Source: Eledone cirrhosa (taxonomy: Eukaryota). From it: a DNA stretch of 64,000 nucleotides. Every line of letters begins with the position of its first letter. Positions within the stretch are counted from its first letter, which is position 1. The notes below the pieces were generated by a model. It did not search any database and was not told the origin of the DNA. It worked only from the letters and a program-made list of their open reading frames with translations. A program made the position numbers and the translations under genes. The stretch is taken from the NCBI GenBank assembly GCA_964016885.1, contig OZ024749.1, forward strand, positions 22,506,001 through 22,570,000, in the 5' to 3' direction. Shown in pieces: positions 43,788 to 61,289 of the stretch.

Positions 43788-45912
43788 GTGGGAAACAACC
43801 ACTTAACAACCGCCACCTCCGCATCCACCAACACCGAGCCATACCTCAACGATGCGAGGCACCTGGTCACCGACCTAACCGGCACTCTCACGAGCGACGA
43901 GCTGAAACTCCTACACCTCGGACCCAAGTTCATCATCTCACAACGCCTCGACGACAGACTCAAACTCAACATCGAGGCCAACTTTTGTCGAGCCGCTTAC
44001 CAACTTAAATGGGTGACCGCCATCAACAGCGCCACAGAAAATAACAGCGCCCACGCAACCCACCCCAAGTTCCCCACTTACCACCCCGACAACCCACTCT
44101 ACCCCCCACCCACCAACCACGAACTCGACACTAAACTCATCAGGCTAAAACACTCCATCTCGGATATACTTCACAAACACACACACACACGCACAACACA
44201 TAACCTCACCAAATCTCAACTCACCACACTCTCCAACCTAAAATCGAAGAACCTCATCTATCTCCCCTCAGACAAGGGAAAAGAATTCTGCGTCAGCAGA
44301 GAGGCTTACAATACCCTGGCCCTCCAACACCTTGACAACCTCTACACCAAGGTCACGGGAATCACTCCCGCGCAGATAGAAGAGCACATCAACGGCACCT
44401 GGACCAACATCTGCGACCGGCGGAAGCTCCCGAAGAAGCTGAGATACAACCTCCTCACGAGGAACAGCAGACTACCCGCCTTCTACCACCTCGTGAAAAT
44501 ACACAAACAGGGACCCGACCTGAAGATCAGGCCTATCGTATCGAGCGTGAAGGGACCACTCTACAAAATTTCATGGCTCCTAGCCAGAATACTCAAACCC
44601 ATCTTAGACACCTTGCCGGGACATGTTAACAGCTCCGAGGAGGTGTTGAAGCGCCTGCATCAAATGGATCCCGACACCAGAAGGAATAACAGATATGCCT
44701 TCAGCCTTGATGTAGTCGCTCTCTACACCTCGGTCCCGGCACCCCCGGCCGTCAATATACTGATAGAACGCGTCCAATCCACCGACCTACACAGCTTCGG
44801 ACTCACCACCACTGACATCCATCAACTCCTATCCATCGTCGTCGACAACACCTACTTCGGATTCTTTAACCAAACATACCAACAAACCTCGGGATTGCCC
44901 ATGGGATCAAGCCTATCAGGTGTGCTAGCGATCCCTTACATGGACAACCTCGAACGCAAGGCACTCAACGCCTGTCACCCCAATGCCGTAGCCTTTTTCT
45001 CAAGGTACGTGGACGATATCCTAATCCTCACATCTTCCCAAGACACGGCGAACAGAATCTATGAGACGTTCAACAACACGGACAAGAACATTGACTTCAG
45101 TGTTGAACACCCCAACGAAGGGTCACTTGCCCTCCTCGACTTCCGAATACATATCACAACACAGGGAAGGATCCACTGCAACTTCTACCCAAAGGCAGCC
45201 TGCAGGGACCTGTTCGTTCACTACAAGTCCGCCCTCCCTAACAGTGCCAAAAGAGGATACATCACGAACGAGATCGCGCGAATCAAAAACAGTTGCAGCG
45301 ATCCCGCGAGTGGTGTCACTCATACCAAGCGATTCCTCGAGGTGCTGGAGACGAACGGGCACCCTACCTCGATCACAGACAGAATAGGAGATACCAGACA
45401 CACGAGACAGAGAGGCACCCAAGGCAAGTGCTTCCTTAAAATGCAACACCTGGGCGAGAATACCACCAACGCTATCCGCAAGGCTATACGGAGGGAGGGC
45501 CTCGACTTCCACCTGGCCCACTCGGGCCCCTCCCTGCGAAGATGCCTCTCCAGGAAACCCGGGAAATCTACTGACGCATGCTCCCTCAGAGACTGCCCGA
45601 TACGCCATGCGAACTGTTGCCTACGCACATACGTGGTGTATACGATAGAATGTGACAGGTGCAACCAATACTACATAGGTAGCACAATCCGACCTTTGCA
45701 CATCCGGATCAAGGAACACACTAAAACCAGGGCCTTGTCTTTCAGGAAACATTAACAAATGTGGAAACAAAGACGGAAGGCCCATTGTCACAATTCTAGC
45801 GACTGAAAGAAACGTCGGCACGTTACGTGTCAAGGAAGCGCTTTTTATCAAACCCCTGCAACCGAAAATAAACAACCGATCAGAGAGAAGCGAAATGAGA
45901 TGGCTGGTTTAA
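43788..45912 (+). pseudogene. PLE RT + GIY-YIG endonuclease, 5'-truncated, one frameshift at ~45750
   Basis: LHLGPKF, SDKG, LVKIHK, RPIVS, SLDVVALYTSV, GLPMGS, RYVDD, LLDF; VVY.I.CDRC..YIGST..H; second frame continues KCGNKDGRPIVTILATERNVGTLRVKEAL to TAA at 45912. Confidence 0.94.
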
Positions 45913-46314
45913 GTTAACAAACGATGCAGCAACACACAACACACGCACACACACACACACGCAAACGAGACAACTACACACACACACGCACAAACACACA
46001 GTAACATTCCACCATACGAACATACTACACTGCCAATACAGAGGAACAAGGCAACAACACACGCACACACACACTCAAGCGAGACAACAACACACGCACA
46101 CACACACACAGTAACATTTAACAAACAGGCAGAGAATGGAGTGACAGCTAGCGCTACCCCACTCCCTCATTCGGCCGCTGACCTCTGCCCGACCGACCCC
46201 ATTTCACGCGCACGCACGCTCTGCCGAATACCTCAGATATTCAAAACAACAAACAGCGGAGGACGCGTTTCGCACCTGTCCGACAGACAACCTTTCCCCC
46301 ACCCCGGAAAAAAA

Positions 46315-46350
46315 CCCAGTTGATGGATGTGAATCCGAAATATATAGGGA
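46315..46350 (+). ncRNA. Hammerhead-like motif with non-canonical core CAGTTGA
   Basis: cc-CAGTTGA-t-ggat-gtga-atcc-GAAAT-at-ATA-gg. Confidence 0.5.
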
Positions 46351-46594
46351 CTATTAAATCTCTCCCAAGATAACTCTCTCTTGTATTGTTATTTTTATTT
46401 TATCCTTTATACATTCTTCTACACATCTTACACATCTTATACACGCCACGCATCTCAACGTACACCCACTTACATCTGTCTCTCCACCACCGGATCTTGT
46501 TACCCGGAGATTTAACCATTTGCATTGTCGAGGCTTCCAAACGACTTAACTATATTTACTTATTATTTCACAATGCTTCAAGCAAACTTCAATA

Positions 46595-46734
<140 letters not shown>

Positions 46735-46974
46735 AATATAAATATATATATACGGTAATTCAGTTCTAACCATTATTTCTTGTTTCTGAGTTCTTGAAAT
46801 ATTCTAAATCGATTAAAAGAGAACAAGTGTTTCCTTTCAAACAATCTGGTACAATATAGATTTTCACAGAAATTAAACTTAAACAATGTCACTTTGATAG
46901 ATTCTATTTAATTTTCAATATAAAATATTAGTCAGAAAATTATATGATAAATATTCTTTATAGTCATACTTTAA

Positions 46975-47043
<69 letters not shown>

Positions 47044-47094
47044 GTCTATCTATCTATCTATCTATCTATTTATCTATCTGCCTGTTTGTCTGTT

Positions 47095-47126
<32 letters not shown>

Positions 47127-47200
47127 CAAACATATATGTATGTGTGTAATATCAAATACAAGAAACAGAATATATGAATATATCTCTCTTTATCTATCTA

Positions 47201-47269
<69 letters not shown>

Positions 47270-47449
47270 CCCTGCCACCCTAACCCCTCTTTCTATTTAT
47301 ATATATGTAACTATATGTGAGATCTGCTGTGCATTTCGTTTAATCGACGCTTTTATTCAAAAGGAATCTTTCAAGAATGAATAAGTATGAGAATGTGACT
47401 ATATATATATATATATCTGTGTGTGTGTGTGTGTATGTGTATATATATT

Positions 47450-47483
<34 letters not shown>

Positions 47484-47533
47484 CGTGTATATATATATCT
47501 GTGTGTGTGTGTGTGTGTATGTATATATATATT

Positions 47534-47564
<31 letters not shown>

Positions 47565-47569
47565 CTGTA

Positions 47570-47600
<31 letters not shown>

Positions 47601-47716
47601 GTGTGTGTGTGTGTGTATATATATATCTATCTGCTTGTGTGTGTGTGTATATATATATTTATATATATATATATATGTGTGTGTGTCTGTATATATATAT
47701 ATATGTGCGTGTGTGT

Positions 47717-47806
47717 GTGGAGACGCAGGACATGGCAGCGATAATGAGGGACAGAGACCGCTGGAGAGAACTCGTCCATGGATATCGGGAATTTTACCCG
47801 CCTTAG
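47717..47806 (+). mobile_element. RTE-clade LINE 3' tail
   Basis: [22 protein letters not shown] matches the RTE/BovB C-terminal M.DR..WR..V motif. Confidence 0.65.
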
Positions 47807-48176
47807 ATAGATATATATATATATATGTATAAATATATATATATATATATATATACGTACATATATGAATGTAAGTGTGTTTGATTGTCGATAAGTATGT
47901 AAGTGTGTAATGCATTCAATATATGAAGGTTGATTGTATTTTCAATTGTCCTAACAACGTTACCAATGCAACCCCCCCCCACACACACACACTTGTACAC
48001 GTATACACACCAACTCATACAAACAAACACACACTCGCACATTAGTACACATACACACTATTACGCACACAAATATATCGTCCTGAATAATTCTTACGTA
48101 TATACATACATACATATCTCTGCGTACATAATCCCTATTCAACGTACAGTAAGAATGTTGATATATATATACACAT

Positions 48177-48221
<45 letters not shown>

Positions 48222-48268
48222 CTTAAATGACGAAACGCAAACACTATATATATATATATATATATGTG

Positions 48269-48527
<259 letters not shown>

Positions 48528-48544
48528 CAGGGAGTGTAACGTAT

Positions 48545-48580
<36 letters not shown>

Positions 48581-48608
48581 ATACGTTACACTCCCTGGGT
48601 GTATATAG

Positions 48609-48653
<45 letters not shown>

Positions 48654-48759
48654 CACACACACATATATATATATATATATCAATATTCTTACTGTACATA
48701 TATATATATGTATATGTACATACGTCAATATTTGTATATACATACATATATACATACAC

Positions 48760-48925
<166 letters not shown>

Positions 48926-50112
48926 CTTCAATGACGAAGCTCAAAGAACGAAAGTTAATTGCTTTCCTAAATGAAAGAATGAAATGAACTTTTAAGAACT
49001 TAATGCAAACGACTAATCCAATTTGTCGCTTTTAACGTAAACATAAATGGAATGAAATTAATGACACAAATTGCTAAACAAGTCTATATGACTCCCGTAC
49101 TTCTCATCAGAAAATCTCCATTAATATTTTCTGCGAAATCTATGAGAAGAAACCGCACTTCTGAATTATAACATATAAAATACGCCATTATCAGAATTAT
49201 GGTTATATGAAATATATACCCTTATATGCTGTATATATATATATATCTATATATTAATTTCAACAACGTCATTATTCCGTGTGTCATAATTCTCGATTAT
49301 CATTGGTTCATAGGTTTCACACGACTCCGCCCACATCAATGACGCCAAACTTAAATTAATATTCATAATGCCAATTAGAGAGTGAGAGGGGAGAGAGAGG
49401 CAAAGTGAACACTATGTATATGTGTCAGTGTAGAGACATGTGTGTGTGTGTGATGTGTGTGGAAATAAGAAGGGAAGGAAAGCAATAACTATTAACATGT
49501 GTGCGTGTGTATGTAAGTGCGCGTATGTTTATGTGTGTGTGCGTGCGTGCAGCATTCCACAGAAAGTAAAAACTATCAACATGTGTGAGTGTGTGCGTGT
49601 TGGTAAGTTTGCGTGCGTGTGCGCGTTTCCATGCGTGTATGTGTGTGTACGTGCGGCACCCCACAATTGCCACGCATTTTATTTGTCTGTGTGCCTGTCT
49701 GTCAGTCTAACGTACACAGAGTTGTGAAGAGAGTAAATAGGGACCTTTTTTTACATTGACGGACATCTTTTATATTAATTATCTATATCTATATCTACAT
49801 ATAATATAACAGATTGGAACTTCCATCATCCTTTTGAGAAACGTGGAACAACCACGTCTATGCAATGATACACGTTTTACAGTCAGGCAGAAGATGAACC
49901 ATCTCCTAGAGGTCACTATTCTAGGTGGTAGCACCTAGAATTGTTCAGATACTATGCACAAACGGTACAACGAAGAATCTGGTATATCTGGAAGATTTAT
50001 TTTACTGTTTTTTTTGTATCACACAGACACCACAAACTCGCCTCATACTGTAACCAGACAAACATCCAATACAGTCATTTTCTCTTTTACCTGTCTTCTC
50101 TTATCATCTGTT

Positions 50113-50143
50113 TACCCGGGCGAAGCGGGGTACGTCACCTAGT
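50113..50143 (+). mobile_element. Helitron-type 3' terminus
   Basis: GC-rich hairpin tacccgggcgaagcggggta followed by CTAG|T; 5' end not identified. Confidence 0.55.
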
Positions 50144-50199
50144 ATATATATATATATATATGTATATACTAGGTATATATATATATATATACTAGGTGA

Positions 50200-50299
<100 letters not shown>

Positions 50300-50329
50300 T
50301 AATAAAAATAAATATATATAATATATATA

Positions 50330-50951
<622 letters not shown>

Positions 50952-50999
50952 CAGTAGCATAAAAAACCACCCTTTGGGTGGTTTTCTGCCAGCATATGT

Positions 51000-51345
51000 A
51001 GTGTGTATGCTGGTATTATACGCAAGTATATATGCATATAGATATGATACATCAAATAAAATCGTAATTGACAATATACACAGAAATTGAACGAAGACTC
51101 TGTTACACTCTCTTATGTTATCAGTAACGTAATCCATGATACATTAAACAAAGACGATATTATATATCTTCTAGTATGGGTAGTGTGTATATTGATATTA
51201 TACGCAATTATATATGCATGTAGATATGATCAAATAAAATCGGAATTGACAATATACACAGAAATTGAACGAAGACTGCGTTACACTGTCTTATCTAACC
51301 AGTAACGTAATCCATGATATATTAAAAAAAGACGATATTGTATAT
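51000..51345. repeat. Tandem duplication, ~183-bp unit
   Basis: aattgacaatatacacagaaattgaacgaagact at ~51066 and ~51244. Confidence 0.8.
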
Positions 51346-52564
51346 AAACTGTATTAGGAAAAAAATAGTGACAGAAATATATGAATATTTATTTAAACGA
51401 TCGCTAACCGGAAGTGTTGACTTTTGAAAATTTTAAAGAAGTGAATCTTTAAATAAGTAATAAAATATATTTAATGAGCAGCCACGAAATTTAGTAGATA
51501 AATTATATAATATTCATTCATTATTTATTCAAAGTAATCCAACTTATTTTACTAAGGGATGAAAAATTATAAACCGTACGCAGTCCCGCGCTTCTTACTT
51601 TATTATAGTTTATATATATATATACAGTATATATATATATGTATATATATGTATATGTGTGTGTGTGTATGTGTATATAAACCACTATAATATATATTTA
51701 ATATATGGTAAACATGGCCGTTGAAATTCACGTGTCAACTATGTTCCGATTGAATGTCCTATTGTATGTATATAAGATTAATTGAATTTCTTCTCATAAA
51801 CTGCTGCCGGTTTATTATTTCAGAAAAAGTAAATGTTACTATAAAAATACGGCTGCGCATATTTAAATAGTTTTCACCCTCCAGCATTGTTAGAATAGAG
51901 TACACAGTGTAGACGACCGCAAATAATTGTTTCTACTTTTGGCACAAGGCCAGAAATTACCCAGTGCATTACTGGTACTTTATTTTATCGACCCCGTAAG
52001 GATGAAAGGCAAAGTTAACCTCGGCGGAATTTGAACTCAGATCGTAAAGGGAGGTAACTCTATGCTTCAAAGCATGGCGTCCGACCCTCTACCGATACTG
52101 CCAATCCACCACCTTAATCGACCGCCAATAATGATAATGATAATAATAACAATGGTTTCTTATATAGGCAGAAGCCCAGCAATTTTGGGACAGGGGGGAA
52201 AGTCGATTAAATCTACTCCAGTGTGTTACTAGTACTTTATTTTATCGACCCCGTAAGGATGAAAGGCAAAGTTAATATCGGCGGGATTTGAACACAGAAC
52301 GTAAAGGGCTGTAACTGGCTGTCACAAAACAGGGTGTCCGGTGCTCTAGCGATACTGCCATTCCACTGCCCTTAACAATGGTTTCTGATGATGATGATGA
52401 TTATGATGATGATGATGGTGATGGTGATGGTGATGGTGATGGTGATGGTGATGGTGATGATGGTGATGATGGTGATGATGGTGATGATGGTGATGATGAT
52501 GATGGTGGTGGTGGTGATTATGATGATGATAGTGATGATGATGATGATGATGATGAGGATGATG

Positions 52565-52595
<31 letters not shown>

Positions 52596-54819
52596 GGATG
52601 ATAGTGATGATGATGATGAGGATGATGATGATAGTGATATTAGGGGGTTAATGAGTAGCAAAGTAGGTAAGAATATGATGGAACAGAGTTTGGTGAAAGA
52701 CACAGACATAGGAGAGACAAGTGAAGTGAATGATGTGAAATGAAGGTGAAGAAGCGGAGGGGGAAGAAGAAGACGAAGAGGTGAGAAGAAAAAAAGAGGA
52801 GGGGAGAAGTAAAGGAAGAAAAAGAAAAAGAAGAAGAAGAAGAAGAAGAAGAAGAAGAAGAAGAAGAAGAAGAAGAAGAAGAAGAAGAAGAAGAAGAAGA
52901 AGAAAAGGAAGAAGAGAAAAAGAATAATAATAAGGAGAAAAGAAAACTAAGAACAAGAGGTGAGAAGAAAAAGAAGGAAAAAAGAAAAAGAAAACGAAAC
53001 AGAAGAAGAAGAAGAAGGAGGAAAAAAGAAAACGAAGAAGATATAATGATTAATAAAACACCTTCCAGCATAGTTAGAGTACAATAACCTCCCCCCTCCC
53101 AAAAAGAACAAACAAAACAAGAACATCAACAACTACAACAACAACTACAACAACAAAATCAACAAGAACAACAACAAAAACTGACCATTCTATTTTCTGT
53201 GAAATCAAAACAACGCCATTAAAACGAAAACAAAAACAAAAAAAAAACAACAAACAAAAAAACCAACAACAAAGAAATTACAAAGACAAAAGAAACAAAT
53301 AATCAAAATGAGAAACAAAAGCTGAATCCTGGAGCTGATAAGTCTTAAGAAATATTTAGCAGAATAATAGAGAAAAGTTGTCGTCGTGGTCGTCGCCATT
53401 TTGAAAAAAATTATTTTTAACTGTAGTAATTTGATAAATCTCATTTAATTGTCCATTTTGTTAGGCGAGTCATGTTTTGCCATTTATTTTTTGTGTAAAT
53501 ACCCTAGCAGAAAAAATAGGAAAATAAAACACATACGCGCACACAGACATACAGATACACACACGTACAGACACAGACAGACAGACAGACACACACACAC
53601 AGACACACAGACAGACATATACACACATATACATACACAGACAGACAGACACAGACACACAGACACACAGACAGACTGAGTCAGAGAGAGAGAGAGAGAG
53701 AGAGACAGGCACACATACGCACAAACACATACACACACACTCAACGAAACACACACATACACACACGGAGAGACATACTGACAAACACAAACACACACAC
53801 ACACACACATACACAAATACACATACAAAACACCGCACACACACACACAAACACAAGCATACATACAAACATAGACACACAGACATACACACACACACAC
53901 AGAAGCATACGCACGCACACACAAACACACACACACACATACACACACACACACACACACAAACAAACACATACACACACACTGACACTCACACAAAATA
54001 AAATTAAATGACCTAGTAAAAAAACAATAAAAAGTAAAAGAAAAATAAATAGAATTATAAAAAAAAGAGGAGCAAACGAAGAAGAAGAAGAAGAAGAAGA
54101 AGAAGAAGAAGAAGAAGAAGAAGAAGAAGAAGAAGAAGAAGAAGAAGAAAAACAACAGCAGAAGAAGAACAAAAAGAAGAAAGAAGAAGAAAGAAAAAGA
54201 AGAAGAAGAAGAAGAAGAAGAAGAAGAAGAAGAAGAAGAAGAAGAAGAAGAAGAAGAAGAAGAAGAAGAAGAAGAAGAAGAAGAAGAAGAAGAAAAAGTA
54301 GAAGAAGAAGAAGAAAAAGCAGAAGAAAGAAGAAAAAGAAAAAACAGAAGAAAAAGCAGAAGAAAAAGCAGCAGCAGCAGCAGCAGAAGAAGAAGAAGAA
54401 GAAGAAGAAGAAGAAGAAGAAGAAGAAGAAGAAGAAGAAGAAGAAGAAGAAGAAGAAGAAGAAGAAGAAGCAAATGCAGAAGAAGAAAAAATACGGAAAA
54501 AAAATTACGATAACATTTTGCAATTTCTTATTTTAAATTCTTCCTAAAAACAAACAAACATACAACAACTTAGAAATAAAACCGAATTTATTATATATGG
54601 GGAGTAGAATATAGAGAATTCCGGTTATGTCTGGCCAAAATGTGATTTAGATTTGCAAAACTGGTTTGTTGTGTTTTTGTGGGCATCCAACTTCAATGAC
54701 AGTTATACATTAAAGTTTGTTAACAAGAAAAAAAAAGAAAAAGTTATCACTATATATATATATATAGTGATAACTTTTTCTTTTTAAATAAATTTGTATA
54801 TATATATATATATATATTT

Positions 54820-54996
54820 TATAGAAAGAGCTTCTACAGGACTAGTACTGTTTCATTCAGATGAAATCTTCAGGAATCATTCTGAAGATTTCTACTAGTC
54901 CTGTAGAAGCTCCTTCTATAAAATAAAAAAAATTACTCTGCCATGTATTGAGTACCTTACTTACTGTGGTTATCCCCGACTCAACCCGGGACCTAC

Positions 54997-54997
<1 letters not shown>
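54820..54997. mobile_element. Family B fold-back with HHR 54832-54876 (-)
   Basis: Minus strand ttc-CTGAAGA-tttc-atct-gaat-GAAACAG-tactagtc-CTGTA-gaa. Confidence 0.82.
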
Positions 54998-55047
<50 letters not shown>

Positions 55048-55154
55048 AATTTATTTATAACAATTTCGAAGCACTCTACAGATTTCTTCTGGATTAATAA
55101 TATTAATAAATCAATAATATTAATAAATGGAAACTATCTTTATAAAACCATATT

Positions 55155-55217
55155 TATTTTATTATATATATATTTCAAGGGTACCAACATTTTGGTACGC
55201 ACTCATCAGATAAAATA
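55155..55217 (-). ncRNA. Family D hammerhead; further copies 56218-56270 (+) and 61359-61419 (+)
   Basis: tattttat-CTGATGA-gtgc-gtacca..tggtac-cctt-GAAAT-(at)n-ATA-ataaaata; stem II differs between copies (gtacca/tggtac vs acacca/tggtgt) but still pairs. Confidence 0.85.
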
Positions 55218-55972
55218 CAAAAGTTGTTTTACATATAGTGACATATCCCAAAACAAGAACTTATCGTTTTGAGTTCAGTTTGAATAGTGAAAAAGAATTT
55301 CAAATCTTGGGATGAATACGTTAATGAGGATAACGTTAAAATTGAAAAAATCGTTATGTTTAGATGCTAGGTAAATTTGAATAATTATTAGGATTATTTT
55401 TAAGGGAAGAGGAGAAAGAGGTTAATATTAGGGTAGAAGAAATTAAGGAAAGAATATAAGAAAAAGTATATTAGAGTTAGAAATATATTATTTATATTAA
55501 TATATGTATATAAATTGTATGGAACCTATTTGAGAGGTTGTAGAGAAAGTGAAATAATTATATTTAATTATTTAATTATATATTTTGGGAGTTTCTATAA
55601 TATAATGTGATAATTATAATTGTGTTAAAGTGGGAGAATATTAATTCATAAAGTGAGATATATTGTATTCATATATACGATTTGGTCAATTCTAATGGTG
55701 TATTTTAATATTATAGAGATTATGTTTATAAATATATATTATGAAGATTAGAGTAGTAAGTATTTTTATTTTATTATATTACGATAGGTTATTTATATAT
55801 AAATAACCTATCGTAACTTATATATAAATAATTTTGGTGAGTATATAAGTTGTTTTTATTAGGATCCTGCTATTTCAAGCGTTAACCTAATATATTCCTT
55901 CCATATACTGTATCGATTGTGTTGTTATTTCTGTTTACCTTTCACTCACACACACAGCAGCACACACACACA

Positions 55973-56010
<38 letters not shown>

Positions 56011-56315
56011 AAAGTTCTATTTAAATTGTTGGGATACAACAAGCAAATGTTTTTATAACTGATATAAAGCCCTCAACAAATATTTGGAGTAAAAATACGA
56101 TATTAACAAATAAAAATATCCAATACTATAATTAAAGCTACAACTCCACTATCGGGGAGCTTCCAACAGCAATGGTTGCATTCTTTAAGGGTATGTCAAT
56201 ATTTATTTATAAAACTGATCTGATGAAAGCACACCATAATTTAACTTGGTGTCCTTGAAATATGTATAATGAAATAAATATGGTTTTATAAATATAGTTT
56301 CCATTTGTTAATATC

Positions 56316-56425
<110 letters not shown>

Positions 56426-56681
56426 GGTTAACAGAACTAACAACACAATCGGTACAGTATATGGAAGGAATATATTAGGTTAACGCTTGAAATAGCAGGA
56501 AGAGGGTTCAAACGTTTCGGACGCTAGTCCTTCATCAGAAGAAAGAATGAAAAATAAGATAGATTGAAGGGACAGGATTTGTAAAAAATGGCATTAGATA
56601 AAAATAACAGGCCCATTCATGTTGACATCTCTTGGAAAACTATATATATATATATATATTGACACTGAGATACGTACACAA

Positions 56682-56722
<41 letters not shown>

Positions 56723-56750
56723 CCCTCTCTCTCCCCCCCTCTCTCTCTCT

Positions 56751-56806
<56 letters not shown>

Positions 56807-56809
<3 letters not shown>

Positions 56810-57036
56810 AAAGGAAATCGAAAATGCAACTGGGGTCTTTTAAGAATATTTATTTGTCTCCTTTACCGGTTTCAGAGTTTTTACTTGCATGCAAGTAAAA
56901 CCACAAACCCTCCATCTCATTCTACCTTTGAAAAGCATAAGAACCGTGAAACGGGTAAAGGAAACAAATAAATATTTTTAAAAAGACTCTACTTGCAATT
57001 TCAATTTCTTTTCCTTATATTTTCACTCGTGTAGGA
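56807..57036. mobile_element. Fold-back mini-insertion with candidate U3-A8 hammerhead 56925-56961 (+)
   Basis: cct-TTGAAAA-gc..gt-GAAAC-gg-GTA-aagg; inverted arm reads GAAACCGGTA. Confidence 0.6.
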
Positions 57037-58285
57037 CATCTCGTCCTCTCACCTCTTCTTATTAACAACTGGCTTCTTTCTTTCCAGGGACTATGTTGTA
57101 TGTGGAAAATAAACCTCATTTGGTTATTCCATGAGCGTATCTTGTTCGGCCTATGAAGGAGTGATGCTAGAGCTGTGAAATCATGCATGCATTAATTTCA
57201 ACTCTTCTTATTAATAACTGGCTTGTTTCTTTCCAGAGACTATGTCTTAAAATAAACATCATTTGGTCATTCCATGAGAGTATCTTGGTCAGCGTATGAA
57301 CTTTCAGTTGACCCTCGATACAAAGTCTTATTGATTGGCACATGTAAAGCAATTTTGTTTAAATTTAGCTGTGAATATTTGCGTTCAAAATGTTGAATAT
57401 TTCGATCACACACACACACACAATATTCACACACACACGCACACACACTATTAACACACACATACACATAGCCATAAACACATACACATAGCCATAAACA
57501 CATACACATAGACATAAACACTGACGCACACACATACACATACATTCAGAAACACACCCACACACACTCACATACATACACAAACACACATACTCATACA
57601 CTCACATACACACATATACATATGCACACACACACACACACACATACAAACACACATATACACACATACACATACACACAAACACACATACACTCTCACA
57701 CACACATGCACACATACTCACACACATGGACACACATACATATACAAAGACAGAGACGGCTACACATAAAAACAAACACGCACACGCACAAACACACCCA
57801 CACATACACACACACATACATACAAACACACAGACATTCACGCATACACGCACACACATACACTCACATCAACACACAAACACACACACTCACACCCGCA
57901 CATACAAATACAACGACACAGACGGCTACACACACACAGAGAGATATACACACACATACAAACACACAAACATTCACGTATACACACACACACATACAAA
58001 TACAACGACACAGACGGTTACACACAGACACTAGCATACACACACATACTCACATACACACACATACATATACAAAGACACAGACGGCTGCACATACGTA
58101 CAATTTTTTTTTTTTATGACGGGAGTCTTAAAAGATCATTTTACTATTAATTAATAGTGTAAGTAACTTAAGATAATTAACATCTGAGGGTTTTAATTAA
58201 ACATTCGGTTATTAACTTATCTTTTAAATATATTAATTAGGCTTGAAATTTATAGCTTTCAGAAATGTGCTTGTGTTTCTATATA

Positions 58286-59060
<775 letters not shown>

Positions 59061-59220
59061 AAGAAAATGGAATAGCCTATGGTTCACCAGCGCGTGCAAG
59101 ACTATATATTGTATTTTAAAGAGCTCAAGATTCCTTTTCCTTTGAGCACATTATTGACAGGAAATAACGAGAGTCTATGGCTCCGTTAATTTATCGTGAT
59201 ATATATATATATATCACGAT

Positions 59221-59649
59221 AACTGCACCTATCCTGACAACTGCCCCCTCGGCAATAACTGCCTGGAAAAAAATATTATTTATAAGTGTACCATTAAATC
59301 CGGAGGCAACGAGTGGTATTACGTGGGATCAACGGCAACATCGTTTAAATCTCGATTGTATAGGCATTCTTACTCAATAAAACACCAGAGCCAAAGAAAT
59401 GTAACAACTTTAGCAGAAAAAGCTTGGACGCTCAGGGATAGCGACCAAAAGTTTACCCTAAAATGGGAAAAATTAGCTAAAACCCAAAGCTTTTCCAGGA
59501 GCCAAAATTTCTGCAAATTGTGTAATCTTGAGATTTATTACATAATCACACACAAGAAGAAACTGCTGAATAACAGAATTGAACGAACATTATTCTGCCG
59601 TCACAGAACTAAAACCCTTTTTTCCCACTACAAGCCGAATATTACATAA
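59221..59649 (+). pseudogene. GIY-YIG endonuclease of a second Hydra-clade-like PLE (5'-truncated), with a degenerate HHR at 59762-59819
   Basis: NCTYPDNCPLGNNCLEKNIIYKC...YYVGSTATSFKSR...LKW...CKLCNLE...LLN..CRH; tatg-CTGATGA...AAAAC-GTC-cata. Confidence 0.88.
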
Positions 59650-59918
59650 AAGAGGGACAACCCCCAACTATATAAACCTTAATCTAGTTAGAAAAATATA
59701 AAAACAATCTCTTCTCAACATATATTAATAACCTTAAATTACCATACTAATAATGAAAAGATATGCTGATGAGAATAGGTACAAATATGCGATAATGAAT
59801 GTGTCTAAAAACGTCCATAAGTATGTATATATATGTGAAAATGTATATAAATAAGTAAATATATATATATGTTTGATGTGTATAGTTAGATGTAAGTATA
59901 TTCATGTATTAAAGTGCT

Positions 59919-59949
<31 letters not shown>

Positions 59950-59960
59950 ATATGTATGTG

Positions 59961-60047
<87 letters not shown>

Positions 60048-60591
60048 GTATGTATATATGAGTATATGGATGTGTAAGTATGTGTATGTGTGTACACATG
60101 GACTAGAGTATGTATGTATATATGTGTGTGTCTATACGTGTGTATATAAAGATAAGTTGAGTATGAAAACGTATACACATGAGCGCGTATGTATGTACAT
60201 GAATACATGCATGTGTATATATATGTAAGTATGAATATGTGAATTGTGAGTATATGTATTTTGTAGAGGTGTGCAAATATATTTGTGTGTGAATGCGTGG
60301 GTGAAAGGATACGTACACTTGAAAGAAAAATTTAAGTCTGAATGTTAATTAAGTGCAAACACAAAACCAACCACGCATATCTTTACTATCTCTAATCCTT
60401 CTATAGATTTAGAAAAATAACCAATAATATATTCTATAAAAAATGTCAAAACAACAGATGGGAATCTAATTACTCACTGCCACCAAGAATTCTCACTGCT
60501 ATCGAAAAACCACTCCTTCAACTATTCTTCTAACAACTTCACCCCTCCCTCCTAATATTCTCTATAAAAACTAAACAGGTCCTCAGTAATA

Positions 60592-60708
60592 TTATTCTGA
60601 TGAAATGACAGTAAATAATAACATTGAAATATTGAATGTCTGCATAACTAAAAGTTTGTAGATAGCTGTTTTAGGTTATGTAACTGTTATAGAAACACGT
60701 GTCAATAA
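60592..60708 (+). ncRNA. Hammerhead with ~90-nt stem II insertion
   Basis: ttatt-CTGATGA-a-atgacagt...actgttat-a-GAAAC-acgt-GTC-aataa. Confidence 0.72.
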
Positions 60709-60742
60709 ATTCCTTTCAACTAAACTGTATCCATTCAAATCT

Positions 60743-60854
<112 letters not shown>

Positions 60855-61198
60855 ATATATATAATATTACAATTAAAAAGAATTTAAAATTTAAAATTTA
60901 AACTTAAGTGTTGAAAAGATGAACCGATGAACACTTAAGTTTAAATTTTAAATTTTTAATTTTTAAATCTTTTTAAATCTTTTTAATTGTAATATTCAAC
61001 ATTTTATAAGATGGTTTACACTGATACATCTCAACCGGTTATATTTTACATATTTTATATACATTATAAAAGTCATTTTAAAAAAAAAATAATTGTTCCT
61101 CTCATCTTTTCAATAATGTCATTTTGACGAATAAAGAAGAAAAAAAGAAAAACAGACCCTAAATTATATATTTCCGTGCTATTTCCAATTCTACTTTT

Positions 61199-61289
<91 letters not shown>

